Positions 44,989 to 58,710 of a stretch of DNA of 64,000 nucleotides are shown here, one piece after another (position 1 is the stretch's first letter; each line of letters opens with the position of its first letter). A model generated the notes under the pieces. The model saw only the letters and a program-made list of their open reading frames with translations. It had not been told where the DNA came from and searched no databases. The stretch spans positions 1,088,001 through 1,152,000 of the forward strand of contig CAVQYR010000001.1 in NCBI GenBank assembly GCA_963718235.1, given 5' to 3'. The stretch is from an uncultured Actinomycetota bacterium. Lineage in GTDB: Bacteria > Actinomycetota > Actinomycetes > JAHEKZ01. The translations under genes were made by a program, and so were the position numbers.

Positions 44989-45509
44989 CCGACCTCACCT
45001 CCGGGCAGTGCGGTCTCGGGCTCTCGCGGCCGGTCGGGCTGGAGGGTCGGGTCGAGGCGCAGCTTGGCCAGCGCCTTGCTGGTCTGGCTCTTGACCGTGC
45101 CGGGCGCGCATGCCATCGCGGCGGCCGTCTGTGCCTCGCTGAGGTCGAGGAAGAACCGCAGGACCAGGACGGCGCGCTGCCGGCGGGGGAGACGGCCCAG
45201 GGCGTCCCACAGGTCGGTCTCGCCGATCTGCTCGTCGGCACCCGGCGTCAGGGGACCGGGCGGCAGCTCGTCGGTCGGTACCTCTCCGCGCCACTTGCGC
45301 CGCCACCACGACGCGTAGGTGTGCGTCATCGTGCGCCAGAGGTAGGCGTCGGGGTCGTCGATCCGGGACCAGGACAGCCACACCCTGGTGAGGGTGGCCT
45401 GGAGCAGGTCCTCGGCCAGCGCCCAGTCGCGAGTCATCAGGTAGGCCGCGCGCAGTGCGGTCCGCTGGCGTGCGGCGACGTACGCCTCGAACCCGGCCTG
45501 CTCAGCCAT
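44985..45509 (-). CDS. ECF sigma factor (Streptomyces SigE-like family)
   Basis: AEDLLQ, LPRRQRAVLVLRFFLDLSE and GTVKSQTSKAL. Confidence 0.93.
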   Translation of the reverse strand: MAEQAGFEAYVAARQRTALRAAYLMTRDWALAEDLLQATLTRVWLSWSRIDDPDAYLWRTMTHTYASWWRRKWRGEVPTDELPPGPLTPGADEQIGETDLWDALGRLPRRQRAVLVLRFFLDLSEAQTAAAMACAPGTVKSQTSKALAKLRLDPTLQPDRPREPETALPGGEVG

Positions 45510-45705
45510 GCCGCGCCTCCTCCTCGGCCACCATGCTGCCTGGACGACGCCCCAGACCAGCCGAACGGTTGCCCGACCGGCTGTGGCCAAGCGGGCCGGG
45601 ACGAGGGTCTGGCCAGCCCGGCCAGCCGCCGAGCCCCCGGCCGCCGATCGGGTGAATCAGGCCTCACCCCTCAAGACCGGGGGTCCGCGGCACCGATAGG
45701 CCGAT

Positions 45706-47256
45706 ATGACTAGTCATACGCGTCGGGACCTGCTCAAGGTCGCGGGGCTGGGCGCGGCAGGGTCGGTGGCGGCGACAGCGGCCGGTGCCACCCTGGCGGT
45801 CAGCCCGGCACAGGCGGCCGCCACCGGGACGGGTCCGGACTTCGTGCCCGACGACCTGAACGTGCACCTGCTGCGCCGGGCGACGTACGGTCCGGTTCCG
45901 TCGACCGTGTCCGCGCTGAAGCGCCAGGGCCGCGCCGCCTGGGTCGACCAGCAGCTGAACCCGGCCCGGATCGACAACACGTTCTGCGACAACCTGATGG
46001 CCGACCGGTTCCCCGGCCTGCCGTGGACGATCACGCAGGCGCGGGCCAACCTCGACGCCTTCAGCTGGGACCTCATGTTCGACCTCGGCGTGGCGTCTAT
46101 CGCGCGCGCGACGTGGAGCAAGCGACAGCTGCTGGAGGTGATGGTCGACTTCTGGTCTAACCACCTCAACGTCACCAACCCCAGCGACCGGGCGTGGGAC
46201 AACCGGCACGACTACGACCGGCGGGTCATCCGCAAGTACGCCCTCGGGCGCTACGAGGACATGCTGCTCGCAAGCGCCCAGCACCCGGCGATGCTGTACT
46301 ACCTCAACAACGCCGAGTCCTCGCGCTACACGTTGAACGAGAACTACGGCCGCGAGCTGCTCGAGCTGCACAGCGTCGGCGTGGACGCGGGCTACACCGA
46401 GGAGGAGATGTACAACTCGGCGCTGATCATGACCGGGTTCAGCGTCGACTGGGAGACTGGGCTGTTCCAGTACAACGAGTACGACCACTACCGCGGCCGG
46501 GTGTCGGTCCTGGGCTTCGACCACAAGAACGCGACCGGCCCGGGTGGGTTCAACGTGGGGATCGCCTACGTCAAGTACCTGGCGAACCACCCGCGTACTG
46601 CACGCACTATCGCGACGAAGCTGTGTGAGCGCTTCATCTCGGACAAGCCGAACCCCACCCTGGTCAAGGCTCTGGCCTCTACCTACCTGGCCAACGGCAC
46701 CAACATCAAGCCGGTGCTGCGTCAGCTGCTCCTGTCCAAGGCGTTCAACAACAGCGTGGGGCGGAAGGTGCGCCGCCCGTTCGAGGACGTCGTCGCCTCC
46801 CTGCGGATCATGGGCTACAAGCCCGAGCCGACCGGCGTGGACGGCATGCGCTCGCTGTACTGGGCACTCGATGGGATGGGGCACGCGCCGATGGCCTGGC
46901 ACATGCCCAACGGCTACCCCGACGTGGCGATCGCCTGGCAGTCCGCTGGCACCACGTTGGAAAGGTGGAACACCCACCTCAGCTTCGCCGGGCACTGGTG
47001 GCCCGCTGGGGACCTGGTGCGACCTGAGCTACGCACACTCCTGCCGACGAAGCTGCCCACCACGTACGGAGCCATGGTCGATGCGCTGGCCCAGCGGCTG
47101 GTGTTCCGCAAGCTGGCAGCCGCCAAGAAGGCTGCTGTGCTGGAGTTCCTGGGCAAGCAGGCGTCGTCGCCTCTCACCGAGAACGACGTCGTGGACAACC
47201 GACTGGCCTCTGTCGTGGCGCTGATCCTCGACACCCCCTACCACGCGGTCCGGTGA
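45706..47256 (+). CDS. DUF1800 family protein, Tat-exported
   Basis: TRRDLLK signal, HLLRRATYG, FWSNH, PAMLYYLNN and NENYGRELLELH. Confidence 0.9.
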   Translation: MTSHTRRDLLKVAGLGAAGSVAATAAGATLAVSPAQAAATGTGPDFVPDDLNVHLLRRATYGPVPSTVSALKRQGRAAWVDQQLNPARIDNTFCDNLMADRFPGLPWTITQARANLDAFSWDLMFDLGVASIARATWSKRQLLEVMVDFWSNHLNVTNPSDRAWDNRHDYDRRVIRKYALGRYEDMLLASAQHPAMLYYLNNAESSRYTLNENYGRELLELHSVGVDAGYTEEEMYNSALIMTGFSVDWETGLFQYNEYDHYRGRVSVLGFDHKNATGPGGFNVGIAYVKYLANHPRTARTIATKLCERFISDKPNPTLVKALASTYLANGTNIKPVLRQLLLSKAFNNSVGRKVRRPFEDVVASLRIMGYKPEPTGVDGMRSLYWALDGMGHAPMAWHMPNGYPDVAIAWQSAGTTLERWNTHLSFAGHWWPAGDLVRPELRTLLPTKLPTTYGAMVDALAQRLVFRKLAAAKKAAVLEFLGKQASSPLTENDVVDNRLASVVALILDTPYHAVR

Positions 47257-48557
47257 TGACGATGCAGCGACGACGTCCGATGCACGGAACCTGCGACTGC
47301 GACCACGGCGCCGACACCGCGCCCGGGTTCAACCGGAGGTCCTTCCTCAAGCGGTTCGCCGCGACGGGTGCCCTCACCGGTCTGGCCGCGCAGGGCATGG
47401 CCACCCGCCTGGCCTTCGCTGACGGCCCGTACACCGGCGACGTGCTGGTCGTGGTCTCCCTGCGTGGCGGTTTCGACGGGCTCAACGTGGTCGTTCCGAC
47501 CGGTGACCCGGCCTACGCCAGCTGGCGCCCGACCATCGGCATCCCGCAGAACGCGTTGCTGCCGCTGGACGCCATGTTCGGCCTCCACCCTGCGATGCAG
47601 CCCCTGATGCCGTTCTGGAACGCGGGCACGTTCGGCGCCGTGCACGCAGTCGGGCAGGTCAACCCCACCCGCTCGCACTTCGAGGCGATGGAAGAGATGG
47701 AGCGGGCGGCCCCAGGAGCGTCGGCCCGTAGCGGCTGGATCGACCGGACGCTCGGACTGCGCACGACGGGTACCGCCTTCCAGGGCATGCAGCTGGGCAG
47801 CGGCATGGCCGCGTCCAGCTTCATCGGGCCGACCCCCGAGCTGGCCATCTGGTCGGTCGACTCCTTCGAGCTCTCCGGTGCCTACGACACCACCCAGCGC
47901 CTGCGTTGGCAGAAGGCCCTGCGGGCCGCCCACGAGGGGTCGCCTGCCACGATCGGCGGTCCGGCCACCACGACCCTGGACGCGCTGGCCAAGGCCGGAG
48001 AGCTGCAGGACGCCGGGTACACGCCGGAGAACGGCGCGGTCTACCCCGACGCCAACCTCGCCAACGCGCTGCGTGACGTCGCTCGGCTGGTCAAGGCCGA
48101 CGTGGGACTACAGGTGGCGTGCGTCGACTACGGCGACTGGGACATGCACTCCGACATGGGAACCGTGGACTCCGGATGGATGTTCGACCACCTGACCGAG
48201 ATGGGGCAGTCGTTGGCCGCGTTCGCCACGGACCTGGGCGCCAAGCTCAACGACGTGACCGTGCTCACGCTCACCGAGTTCGGTCGGCGGGTGGAGGAGA
48301 ACGGGTCGGCCGGGGTCGACCACGGACACGGTCAGGCAGTCCTGCTGCTCGGGGGCGGGGTCGACGGCGGCAAGGTGCACGGCACCTGGCCCGGTCTGGC
48401 CGAGCAGGACCTCTACGACGGTGACCTGGCCGGAACCACCGACTACCGCAGTGTGCTGGCCGAGGCGCTGGAGAAGCGGTGCGGTGCGGGCGCCTTGACG
48501 TCGGTGTTCCCCAACCTCCCGACCGACCGGGTGGGGGCGTTCAAGACCCGGACCTGA
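47256..48557 (+). CDS. DUF1501 family protein, Tat-exported
   Basis: NRRSFLK, LRGGFDGLN, RSHF, WDMH, EFGR and DHG. Confidence 0.9.
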   Translation: MTMQRRRPMHGTCDCDHGADTAPGFNRRSFLKRFAATGALTGLAAQGMATRLAFADGPYTGDVLVVVSLRGGFDGLNVVVPTGDPAYASWRPTIGIPQNALLPLDAMFGLHPAMQPLMPFWNAGTFGAVHAVGQVNPTRSHFEAMEEMERAAPGASARSGWIDRTLGLRTTGTAFQGMQLGSGMAASSFIGPTPELAIWSVDSFELSGAYDTTQRLRWQKALRAAHEGSPATIGGPATTTLDALAKAGELQDAGYTPENGAVYPDANLANALRDVARLVKADVGLQVACVDYGDWDMHSDMGTVDSGWMFDHLTEMGQSLAAFATDLGAKLNDVTVLTLTEFGRRVEENGSAGVDHGHGQAVLLLGGGVDGGKVHGTWPGLAEQDLYDGDLAGTTDYRSVLAEALEKRCGAGALTSVFPNLPTDRVGAFKTRT

Positions 48558-48630
48558 ACCGGGTGCCCGCTCGGACACGATTGGGTGAACGAGCGGACTG
48601 CCCTGCGCGCGGGTCGCCTAGGCTTCGGCC

Positions 48631-50631
48631 ATGCGCTCCCGCCCCTCCGCCCTGGTGGCCACGATCGGCGCCTGCTGCCTGGTCACCGCCCTCGCGGTCA
48701 CTGCGATCCCGGCGCAGGCCGCGCCGCGCTCGCTGTCCGCGAGCACGCACGGGGTCGCGGCCAGCCCGCGTGCCGTAGCTGCCAGCGTCGTCTGGGACGA
48801 GTGTCGGGCGAGTGTCCCCGCCCGTGCCCGGTGCGGGCACATCCGGACCCTGGCCGACCCCCTAAGGCCCGAGCTGGGCCGGCAGCGGGTCGGTTTCGAG
48901 CTGTACCGGCGCCACGACCGCAGCCGGCCCTCCCTAGGCACCCTCGTGGCGCACGAGGGCGGCCCCGGGTACCCCAGCACCGGTAGCCGTGGCTACTACC
49001 TGGGGCTCTTCCGGCCGTTGGCCGACCGGCACGACGTCCTGCTCGTCGACAAGCGTGGGACGGGCACCTCGGGAGCCCTGATGTGCGAGCCGCTGCAGCG
49101 CGGGACCATGCCGTACGTGAAGGCGGTCGCTGCGTGCGGCAAGCAGCTGGGCGAGCGCGCCGACACCTACGGGACGGCGTACGGGGCCGACGACATGGCG
49201 CAGGTGCTGGACGCCCTCGGCATCGACCAGATCGACCTGTACGGAGACTCGTACGGCACGTTCTTCGCCCAGACCTTCGCGCTTCGCCACCCTGACCGGG
49301 TGCGCACCCTCGTGCTGGATGCGTCGTACCCCGTGTCGGGCTCGGACCCGTGGTGGCGAGACACCAACCGGGCGATCAGCGACGCCCTGACCCGGGTCTG
49401 CTCCCGTGACCCCCGGTGCGCGGCGCTAGGGGGGTCGTCGGTCGCCCGGGTGCGCAACGCGGCCGACCAGCTGCACCGGCGTCCGATCCGGGGGGCTGCG
49501 TACGACGCGGAGGGTGACCGCCGCACGGTCAAGGTCGACGGGGTCAACCTCGCGCTGGTGACCGCCTACGCCACCTACGGCACCAGCATCTACCGGGAGC
49601 TCGATGCCGCCGTTCGGGCCTACCGCCAGGGCTACGACGCGCCACTGCTGCGGATCACCGCCGAGAACCTCAGCAGCGATCCCGACAGCGGCTCGCCGGT
49701 GGGCTACTCGGCGGCCGAGTACGTGGCCGTCATCTGCAACGACTACCCACAGCTGTGGGACGTCTCGCTGCCGCCCGGGCCGCAGCGTCGGCAGCAGTAC
49801 CGCGACGCGGTGGACGAGGTGCAGCAGAACGACCCGCGCGGCTTCGACCCGTTCCGGGTCGACGACTGGATCGACACCGGGTGGGTCGAGCCGCGCACCT
49901 GCATCGGCTGGCCCGCACCCACCGACCCGGTGCTTCCCGAGCCGCCGGGAGCGACCTACCCCGACGTCCCGACCCTCGTGCTGTCCGGTGACCTGGACTC
50001 GGTGACCTCGCCGGAGGGCGGGCTGGATGTCGCGGGTCGGTTCCCCGACTCGACGTTCGTGTCGGTGCCGAACGTCGGTCATGTGACCGCCATGGGTGAC
50101 CGCCAAGGATGCGCCGCCGGGATCGTGCGTCGGTTCGTGCGCTCGGGCGGCACGGCCGGTGACACGTCGTGCGTCTCGGAGTACGTGCCGGTGCGCGCGG
50201 TGCCGCGGTTCGCCCGTGCCGCGGCCGGCCTCGACCCGGCCACCCAGGGCACCCGGGTCACCTCGTCCCGGGCCGACCGGCAGGTGGTCTCCGGAGCGAT
50301 GTACGCCGCGGCCGACGTGCTGACCCGTTGGTACAACAACTACAGCGGCGCAGGTGTGGGGCTGCGCGGCGGCACGTTCCGGTACTCCGGGTCCGACGTC
50401 GTCGACTTCCGGCTGCGCGGGCTGGAGTTCGTCCGCGACGTCGCGGTCACCGGGACCCTCACCTGGAACCGCGACAACGGGCGCATGCGGGCGCGCGTGC
50501 TCGTCGACGGGCCGAGCAGTCGCGACGGACGCCTCACCCTGCAGTGGAACGACTGGGCGCCGTCAGCGCGGGCCACCGTGGTCGGGCGCCTCGACGGTCG
50601 ACCGGTCGACCTCAGCACCCCCGCCCCTTAG
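48631..50631 (+). CDS. Secreted alpha/beta hydrolase (tripeptidyl-aminopeptidase/TAP-like)
   Basis: Signal peptide, GGPG, DKRGTG, GDSYG nucleophile, D..T and GH. Confidence 0.9.
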   Translation: MRSRPSALVATIGACCLVTALAVTAIPAQAAPRSLSASTHGVAASPRAVAASVVWDECRASVPARARCGHIRTLADPLRPELGRQRVGFELYRRHDRSRPSLGTLVAHEGGPGYPSTGSRGYYLGLFRPLADRHDVLLVDKRGTGTSGALMCEPLQRGTMPYVKAVAACGKQLGERADTYGTAYGADDMAQVLDALGIDQIDLYGDSYGTFFAQTFALRHPDRVRTLVLDASYPVSGSDPWWRDTNRAISDALTRVCSRDPRCAALGGSSVARVRNAADQLHRRPIRGAAYDAEGDRRTVKVDGVNLALVTAYATYGTSIYRELDAAVRAYRQGYDAPLLRITAENLSSDPDSGSPVGYSAAEYVAVICNDYPQLWDVSLPPGPQRRQQYRDAVDEVQQNDPRGFDPFRVDDWIDTGWVEPRTCIGWPAPTDPVLPEPPGATYPDVPTLVLSGDLDSVTSPEGGLDVAGRFPDSTFVSVPNVGHVTAMGDRQGCAAGIVRRFVRSGGTAGDTSCVSEYVPVRAVPRFARAAAGLDPATQGTRVTSSRADRQVVSGAMYAAADVLTRWYNNYSGAGVGLRGGTFRYSGSDVVDFRLRGLEFVRDVAVTGTLTWNRDNGRMRARVLVDGPSSRDGRLTLQWNDWAPSARATVVGRLDGRPVDLSTPAP

Positions 50632-50632
50632 G

Positions 50633-51028
50633 TCAGTGGGGGTCGTCGAGGGTGTTGACCATCGAGTGCGCGGCCATCTCCAGGTAGGACCACAGCTGCT
50701 CGCGCTGCTCGTCGGGCAGGTCGACGGTCGCGAGTGCGCGCTGCATGTGGTGCAGCCACCGGTCACGGGCCTGGGGTGTGACGGCGAACGGCGCGTGACG
50801 CAGTCGCAGTCTCGGGTGACCACGTTCGTCGGAGTACGTGCGCGGGCCACCCCAGTACTGCTCGAGGAACAGTCGCAGGCGTCGCGCCGCCGGCGCCAGG
50901 TCGGCCTCGGGGTACATCGGCCGCAGCTCCGGATCGCCGGCAACTCCCGCATAGAACGCCGAGACCAGGGCGTCGAACGTCTCCGCTCCGCCCATCAGCT
51001 CGTAGGGCGACTCCGACGGGTCGGTCAT
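50633..51028 (-). CDS. glbO: Group II truncated hemoglobin
   Basis: [30 protein letters not shown]. Confidence 0.93.
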   Translation of the reverse strand: MTDPSESPYELMGGAETFDALVSAFYAGVAGDPELRPMYPEADLAPAARRLRLFLEQYWGGPRTYSDERGHPRLRLRHAPFAVTPQARDRWLHHMQRALATVDLPDEQREQLWSYLEMAAHSMVNTLDDPH

Positions 51029-51930
51029 GGCTGCTCGTCTGGCTGGGTCGGGGTGGGCGCGGAGATGCCCGCCTCGTCGAGTGCGCTCAGGGCTCGCACC
51101 CGAAGCTCTCGACCCACGGCGAGCTGGACCCCGGCGACGGTGTGCAGCCGGATCCGGAAGGTGACGGCCTGCGGCGTCATCGACTCGGCTGCGACTTGCG
51201 CCTCGTCCGGGAGGATCTTGGGCTTCCACGCCTCGTCGTTCTGGAGCGCGACCGCTGTCCCGGTCAGCACCTGCTGGACCTGGTCGAGGTCGGCGCCGTA
51301 CGCGACGGGGATGTCGACCGTGGCCAGGGACCACCCCTGGCTGCGGTTGCCCAGCTCGGTGACCGATCCGTTGGTCACGTACCAGAGGGTGCCCTCGACG
51401 TCGCGCAGCTGGGTGATCCGAAGGCCGACGTCCTCGACGGTCCCCGTGATCCCGCTGACAGTGACGACGTCGCCGAGGCCGTACTGGTTCTCCATGATCA
51501 TGAACACCCCGGACAGGAAGTCCCTGACGATCGTCTGGGCGCCGAAACCGAGAGCGATACCGATGACACCGGCGCTGGCGATCAAGGGTGCGACGTCGAC
51601 CCCGAGCCGGGCCAGCAAGACGATCACCGTCACCGACGCGATGACGAACGTACCGACCGAGATGAGCAGCCGAGAGACGGCGTTGGCCCTGGCGCGGTAG
51701 CGCTCCAGGGAGGTCTGGTCGGCGCCGGCTGCGGTCGTGGCGAGGCGACTGCTCAGCTTGCTGACCGTCAGTGCCTCGGTCGTCTTCCGCACGAACCGGA
51801 TCCACAGCCACCGAACGAGCAGAGCGGCGAGGAGGACCAGGACGATCGCCAGCACTCGCCCGACGGGTTGCTCGGTGAACCACTCAGAGACGTTGGCGAC
51901 GATCTCGCCCGGGTCGGCGGTAACCAGCAC
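51025..51930 (-). CDS. mscS: Small-conductance mechanosensitive channel
   Basis: [34 protein letters not shown] and VTNG. Confidence 0.92.
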   Translation of the reverse strand: MLVTADPGEIVANVSEWFTEQPVGRVLAIVLVLLAALLVRWLWIRFVRKTTEALTVSKLSSRLATTAAGADQTSLERYRARANAVSRLLISVGTFVIASVTVIVLLARLGVDVAPLIASAGVIGIALGFGAQTIVRDFLSGVFMIMENQYGLGDVVTVSGITGTVEDVGLRITQLRDVEGTLWYVTNGSVTELGNRSQGWSLATVDIPVAYGADLDQVQQVLTGTAVALQNDEAWKPKILPDEAQVAAESMTPQAVTFRIRLHTVAGVQLAVGRELRVRALSALDEAGISAPTPTQPDEQP

Positions 51931-51934
51931 CGGG

Positions 51935-54022
51935 TCAGTCTCCCAGGGCCAGGCCGGTGACCGATGCGGCGAAGGCCAGCGTGTCGACGGAGAGGTCGAC
52001 AGCGCGGCTCACGGCACGTGCGCTGTGACCCACGTCGGACTCCCGGCGCACCAGCACCGGTGCGGGCGAGCTCGTGGCGTGCTGCAGGGCCGCGGCGAGC
52101 TTGCGGCCGTGCAGCGGGTCGACCCGGGTGTCGCCGTCGAAGACGGTGAACAGCACCGCCGGGTACGCCGCACCCTCGGTGACGTGGTGGTAGGGGGAGT
52201 AGGCCAGCAGCCAGCCGAGCTCCGTGGGGTCGTCGACCGTCCCGTACTCGTCGCTCCAGGTCGGCCCGAGGCCGTACTTCTCGTAGCGCACCATGTCGAG
52301 CAGTGGTGCTGCGCAGATGACCGCAGCGTAGAGGTCCGGGTGCTGGGTCAGGGCGGCACCGACCAGGAGCCCGCCGTTGGACCCACCGGAGATGGTCAGC
52401 TGCTCAGACGTCGTCCACCCCTGGTCGATGAGCCACTGCGCCGCCGCCTGGAAGTCGTCGAACACGTTCTGCTTGTTCTCGCGCATACCGTCGCGGTGCC
52501 ACTGCTCGCCCTCCTCAGAGCCTCCGCGCAGGTTGGCGACGGCGTAGACGCCGCCCGCCTCGACCCAGGCGAGGATCGTGGCGGCGTAGGCAGGGGTGAG
52601 CGGCACGCCGAACCCGCCGTAGCCGTAGAGGATCGTGGGGCGGGGCCCCGGGTCGGCATCGGCCCGGGTCAGGACGAACATGCGCACCGCGGTGCCGTCG
52701 AGCGACTCGTAGACGACCTGCTCGGTGCGCACCTCGGGCACCTCCACGCTGCCCGGTGAGGCGGCCCACAGACTCACCGCTCCGGTGAGCGCGTCGAACC
52801 GGTGGATCGCAACCGGCGTCGTGTGGTCGGTGTAGCCGAACCACGCCTCGTGGCCACCTTCGGGGCGCTCGGTCAGTCCGGTCACCGTCCCGAGTCCCGG
52901 CAGCGGCACCGCGCCGACCTCCTCACCAGTGGCCAGGACATGGCGGGTGATCTCGCCCACCGCGTGCCGGGTCCACGCGACGAGCAGGGACGGCTCGGCC
53001 ACCTCGTCCCCGTCGAGGATGGCCCAGCCCTCGAGCACGGCGTCGTCTCGCTCAGCGACCAGCACCTGCCACTGGTCGTAGTCCCAGGCGCCGGGGGTGG
53101 TCATCAGAATGCGACCGCGGGGCGCGTCCCGGTCGCTGTAGATGTAGACGCGCCCGTCGCGCCCGAACGACAGCGACGTCTGGGCATCGACGTCGTGCTG
53201 GACCTCGACGAGCTGCGGCCGGGCGGTGTCGCCGTCGACGAGGTCGGCGACCCACAGGTCGTTACGCGGTGCGGTGCCGGCCGACGCGCTGATCTCGAGC
53301 CACCGTCCGTCGCGGCTCACCGAGACGCCGTAGTAGTTGGTCGCGTCGAGACCCTCGCCGAACACCAGGACGTCGTCAGCGGGGTCTGTGCCCACCTCGT
53401 GCAGCCAGACCCTGCGGTGGAACTGCTCCTCGCCGTCGGGCACCAGGCCCGGCTCGAGGCGTCGGACGTAGTAGTACGCCTTGCCGCCGAGCAGCCACGC
53501 GACCGGCGAGTAGCGCACCCGGTCGATCGGTCCGTCCAGCAGGACGCCGGTGGTCACGTCGATGACCCGCAGGGACGACTCCTCGGTGCCACCCTCGGAC
53601 AGCTGGTAGGCCAGCCGGTCACCTTCCTTGGTGGGCTGCCACGAGTCGAGCGTGGTGGCTCCGGTGGGGTCGACCGCCATCGGGTCGAGGAGCACCCGCT
53701 CGGACCCGTCGGGCTCTCGGACGAGCAGGACGGCGTGCTCCTGGTCGGCGGACCGCCGCAGGAAGAACGCTCGCTCGCCGCGCCAGACCGGGGTCGTGAT
53801 CGCGCCGGCGCCCAAGAGCTCGGTCACCCGGCGGCGCAGCCGCTCCTGACCCGGCCAAGTGGCCCGGTGGGCGGCAAGCAGCGCATCCTGGCCCTGTGAC
53901 CAGGCCTGGGTTCGAGGGTCCTCGGCGTCCTCCAGCCATCGGTAGGGGTCGGCCACGGTGTGCCCGTGCAGGGTGTCGACCAGGTCGAGGCGCTCGGCGG
54001 GGGGGTACGTCGGTCCGGACAT
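51935..54022 (-). CDS. Prolyl oligopeptidase (S9A)
   Basis: [24 protein letters not shown] and GH. Confidence 0.95.
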   Translation of the reverse strand: MSGPTYPPAERLDLVDTLHGHTVADPYRWLEDAEDPRTQAWSQGQDALLAAHRATWPGQERLRRRVTELLGAGAITTPVWRGERAFFLRRSADQEHAVLLVREPDGSERVLLDPMAVDPTGATTLDSWQPTKEGDRLAYQLSEGGTEESSLRVIDVTTGVLLDGPIDRVRYSPVAWLLGGKAYYYVRRLEPGLVPDGEEQFHRRVWLHEVGTDPADDVLVFGEGLDATNYYGVSVSRDGRWLEISASAGTAPRNDLWVADLVDGDTARPQLVEVQHDVDAQTSLSFGRDGRVYIYSDRDAPRGRILMTTPGAWDYDQWQVLVAERDDAVLEGWAILDGDEVAEPSLLVAWTRHAVGEITRHVLATGEEVGAVPLPGLGTVTGLTERPEGGHEAWFGYTDHTTPVAIHRFDALTGAVSLWAASPGSVEVPEVRTEQVVYESLDGTAVRMFVLTRADADPGPRPTILYGYGGFGVPLTPAYAATILAWVEAGGVYAVANLRGGSEEGEQWHRDGMRENKQNVFDDFQAAAQWLIDQGWTTSEQLTISGGSNGGLLVGAALTQHPDLYAAVICAAPLLDMVRYEKYGLGPTWSDEYGTVDDPTELGWLLAYSPYHHVTEGAAYPAVLFTVFDGDTRVDPLHGRKLAAALQHATSSPAPVLVRRESDVGHSARAVSRAVDLSVDTLAFAASVTGLALGD

Positions 54023-54111
54023 GACGAGCACCCTACGCAGCCGTCGGGGCTGTGGCCGCGGCGGTCAGGTGCTGGCACGAGAGCGTGTCCTCGCGTCACA
54101 CTGGGCTCACC

Positions 54112-54636
54112 ATGGGCCAGGCGTTGGTGCTCAATGCGACGTACGAGCCGCTCGGTGTCGTCAGCGACCGGCGAGCGCTCGTGCTGGTGCTCGGCCAGAA
54201 GGCGGTGACGGTGGAGGACAGCGGGCAGGTGGCCCGCAGCGCCCAGTGCAGCCTGGCCCTGCCCAGCATCGTGCGGTTGACCCGTTTCGTCCGGGTCCCA
54301 CGGCGGGTGCACGTCCCCCTCACCAGGCGCGCGGTCTTCGCCCGTGACGGCGGCCGCTGTGTCTACTGCGGCGCGCCGGCCACGAGCCTGGACCACGTCG
54401 TCCCCCGCAGCCGTGGCGGTGCCCACGTCTGGGAGAACGTGGTGTCCGCGTGTCGCCGGTGCAACCACCTCAAGGCCGATCGCAGCGTGAAGGACCTGGG
54501 CTGGCGCATGCACACCCGGCCGTGGCGCCCGACCGGGTCGGCCTGGCTGATCCTGGGCACCGGCCGCAGCGACCCGCGGTGGATCCCCTACCTCGACGGC
54601 TTCGGCCTGCTCGAGGGCGGGGTGCGCCCGGCCTGA
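54112..54636 (+). CDS. HNH endonuclease (conserved actinobacterial type)
   Basis: LVLNATYEPL, RDGGRCVYC, DHVVPRSRGG and CRRCN. Confidence 0.92.
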   Translation: MGQALVLNATYEPLGVVSDRRALVLVLGQKAVTVEDSGQVARSAQCSLALPSIVRLTRFVRVPRRVHVPLTRRAVFARDGGRCVYCGAPATSLDHVVPRSRGGAHVWENVVSACRRCNHLKADRSVKDLGWRMHTRPWRPTGSAWLILGTGRSDPRWIPYLDGFGLLEGGVRPA

Positions 54637-54722
54637 TCGACGGACCGAGCGGGACCGACCCGCACCGGAAGGCGTGGGCGGGGCCGTGCGGCCGTCACCC
54701 CGGGTCGGTTAACGTGTGTGCC

Positions 54723-54944
54723 ATGTCCGTGCTGCAGGTGCTGGTGGTCTTCGTGGCCCTCCCCCTCGCGTTCTTCGCCGTGGTCGCACTGCTGGTCTAC
54801 ACGCCGTCCTGGGTGCGCGGACCGAAGTACCGCCCGGGGCTGTCCTGGTGGGCTGAGCCCGTCTGGATCGGCGGCGGTGACGCCTCGGCCGTCCACACCG
54901 CCACCCCGGTGACCGAAGGGGGCGGCTGCAGTGCCCGCTGGTGA
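54723..54944 (+). CDS. ctaJ: Cytochrome c oxidase supercomplex small subunit CtaJ-like
   Basis: One TM, YRPG..W..EPVW and GGCSARW; lies next to DUF5130 and pepN as in mycobacteria. Confidence 0.75.
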   Translation: MSVLQVLVVFVALPLAFFAVVALLVYTPSWVRGPKYRPGLSWWAEPVWIGGGDASAVHTATPVTEGGGCSARW

Positions 54945-55323
54945 CGCGTTCTCCGGGCGCCAGCTCGAGTCGATCGAGCGCGCGCTTCGTCAGTCCGAGC
55001 AGAGCAGCGGTCTGACCTACTCGGTGTTCGTCGGCGACACTGAGGGCGACCCGCGGGGAGCCGGACGACGGCTCCTCGGTTCGCTGGGCGACGCCGCCGC
55101 CGATCACGTCGTCGTGGTGGTCGACCCGGCGCACCGCGACCTGGCTGTGCTGTGCGGCTCACGGGCCGCCTACCACCTCGACGACCGGGCCACTGCGCTC
55201 GCGGCGATGTCGATGACGTCGTCGTTCGCCGCCGGTGACCTGGCCGGCGGCGTGGTCGACGGGCTGCGCACCCTGGCCGAGCACGCCCGCCAGCCCCGCA
55301 CCCTGCACTTCGACGAGGTCTGA
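54931..55323 (+). CDS. DUF5130/TPM-like protein (CtaI-like)
   Basis: YSVFVG, VVVDP and MTSSFAAGDLAGG; conserved synteny. Confidence 0.8.
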   Translation: MPAGDAFSGRQLESIERALRQSEQSSGLTYSVFVGDTEGDPRGAGRRLLGSLGDAAADHVVVVVDPAHRDLAVLCGSRAAYHLDDRATALAAMSMTSSFAAGDLAGGVVDGLRTLAEHARQPRTLHFDEV

Positions 55324-55341
55324 GCAGACCGTTCCCGCTCG

Positions 55342-57870
<2,529 letters not shown>

Positions 57871-58089
57871 GTGGGGTCTCCTTCGCTGCTCCGCAGCCGT
57901 CGGTCCTCGCCCACGGCCGGTCCACGGTAGAACACCACGGCCCGCAGTGACGGTTTCGGGTCGAATCCGCCCCTGGAGAGCGACCCGGGGGGCGCCCGCT
58001 CGCACAGCGGTGACCAGGGTGCCCGGCCGTCCACCGACCCGCGTTGCGCTAGCGTTCCGACGCGACAGCCGCAGACTGCTGGAGGAACC

Positions 58090-58710
58090 TTGTCCGCCCT
58101 GAACCCCTCGTTGTCCGGCCCGCGGGTCCTGGCCGACGTCCTGCCCGGCGACCGGGTCCGTGACGTCCTCCTGGTCCTGGGCGGGGCGGCCGTGACCGGC
58201 ATCGCCGCCCAGATCGCCTTCACCATCCCCTCGATCTCCCCGGTGCCTTACACGTTGCAGACCTTCGCGGTGCTGCTCGTGGGGTCGTCCTTCGGATGGC
58301 TGCGTGGACTCCTGGCCATGCTGCTCTACGTCTTCGCCGGTCTCGCCGGCGTCCCCTGGTTCGCCGGCGGCGCATCCGGCTACGACGCGGCGCAGGCGAC
58401 GATGGGGTACCTCGTCGGGTTCGTGCTGGCCGCCGCCCTGCTGGGGTGGCTGTCCCAGCGAGGCAACGACCGGCGCTTCATGTCGTCGGTGGCCGAGATG
58501 TTCCTGCCGATGATCGTGATCTACACCTTGGGGGTCGCCGTCCTCATGCAGCACCTGCCGGACCTCATCGCGGGGACGACGGGGAGCCTGGCCGAGGGTC
58601 TGCAGTTCGGGCTGTACCCGTTCGTGGTGACCGACACCATCAAGGTGCTCGCCGCGGCGGGGCTGCTGCCCCTGGCCTGGCGGCTCGTCGAGAAGGTCAA
58701 GCGCGGCTGA
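58090..58710 (+). CDS. bioY: Biotin transporter BioY
   Basis: VPYTLQTFAV, GVPWFAGG, TMGYLVGF and PFVVTDTIK. Confidence 0.92.
   Translation: MSALNPSLSGPRVLADVLPGDRVRDVLLVLGGAAVTGIAAQIAFTIPSISPVPYTLQTFAVLLVGSSFGWLRGLLAMLLYVFAGLAGVPWFAGGASGYDAAQATMGYLVGFVLAAALLGWLSQRGNDRRFMSSVAEMFLPMIVIYTLGVAVLMQHLPDLIAGTTGSLAEGLQFGLYPFVVTDTIKVLAAAGLLPLAWRLVEKVKRG

Noticed and set aside
54112-54636. HNH nuclease as a defence or mobile element
   Set aside because: It occupies the conserved actinobacterial glbO-HNH-ctaJ-pepN backbone position with no defence partners
57871-58554. Long N-terminal extension of the pepN ORF
   Set aside because: It overlaps bioY in antisense; the conserved PepN N-terminus and RBS place the start at 57870
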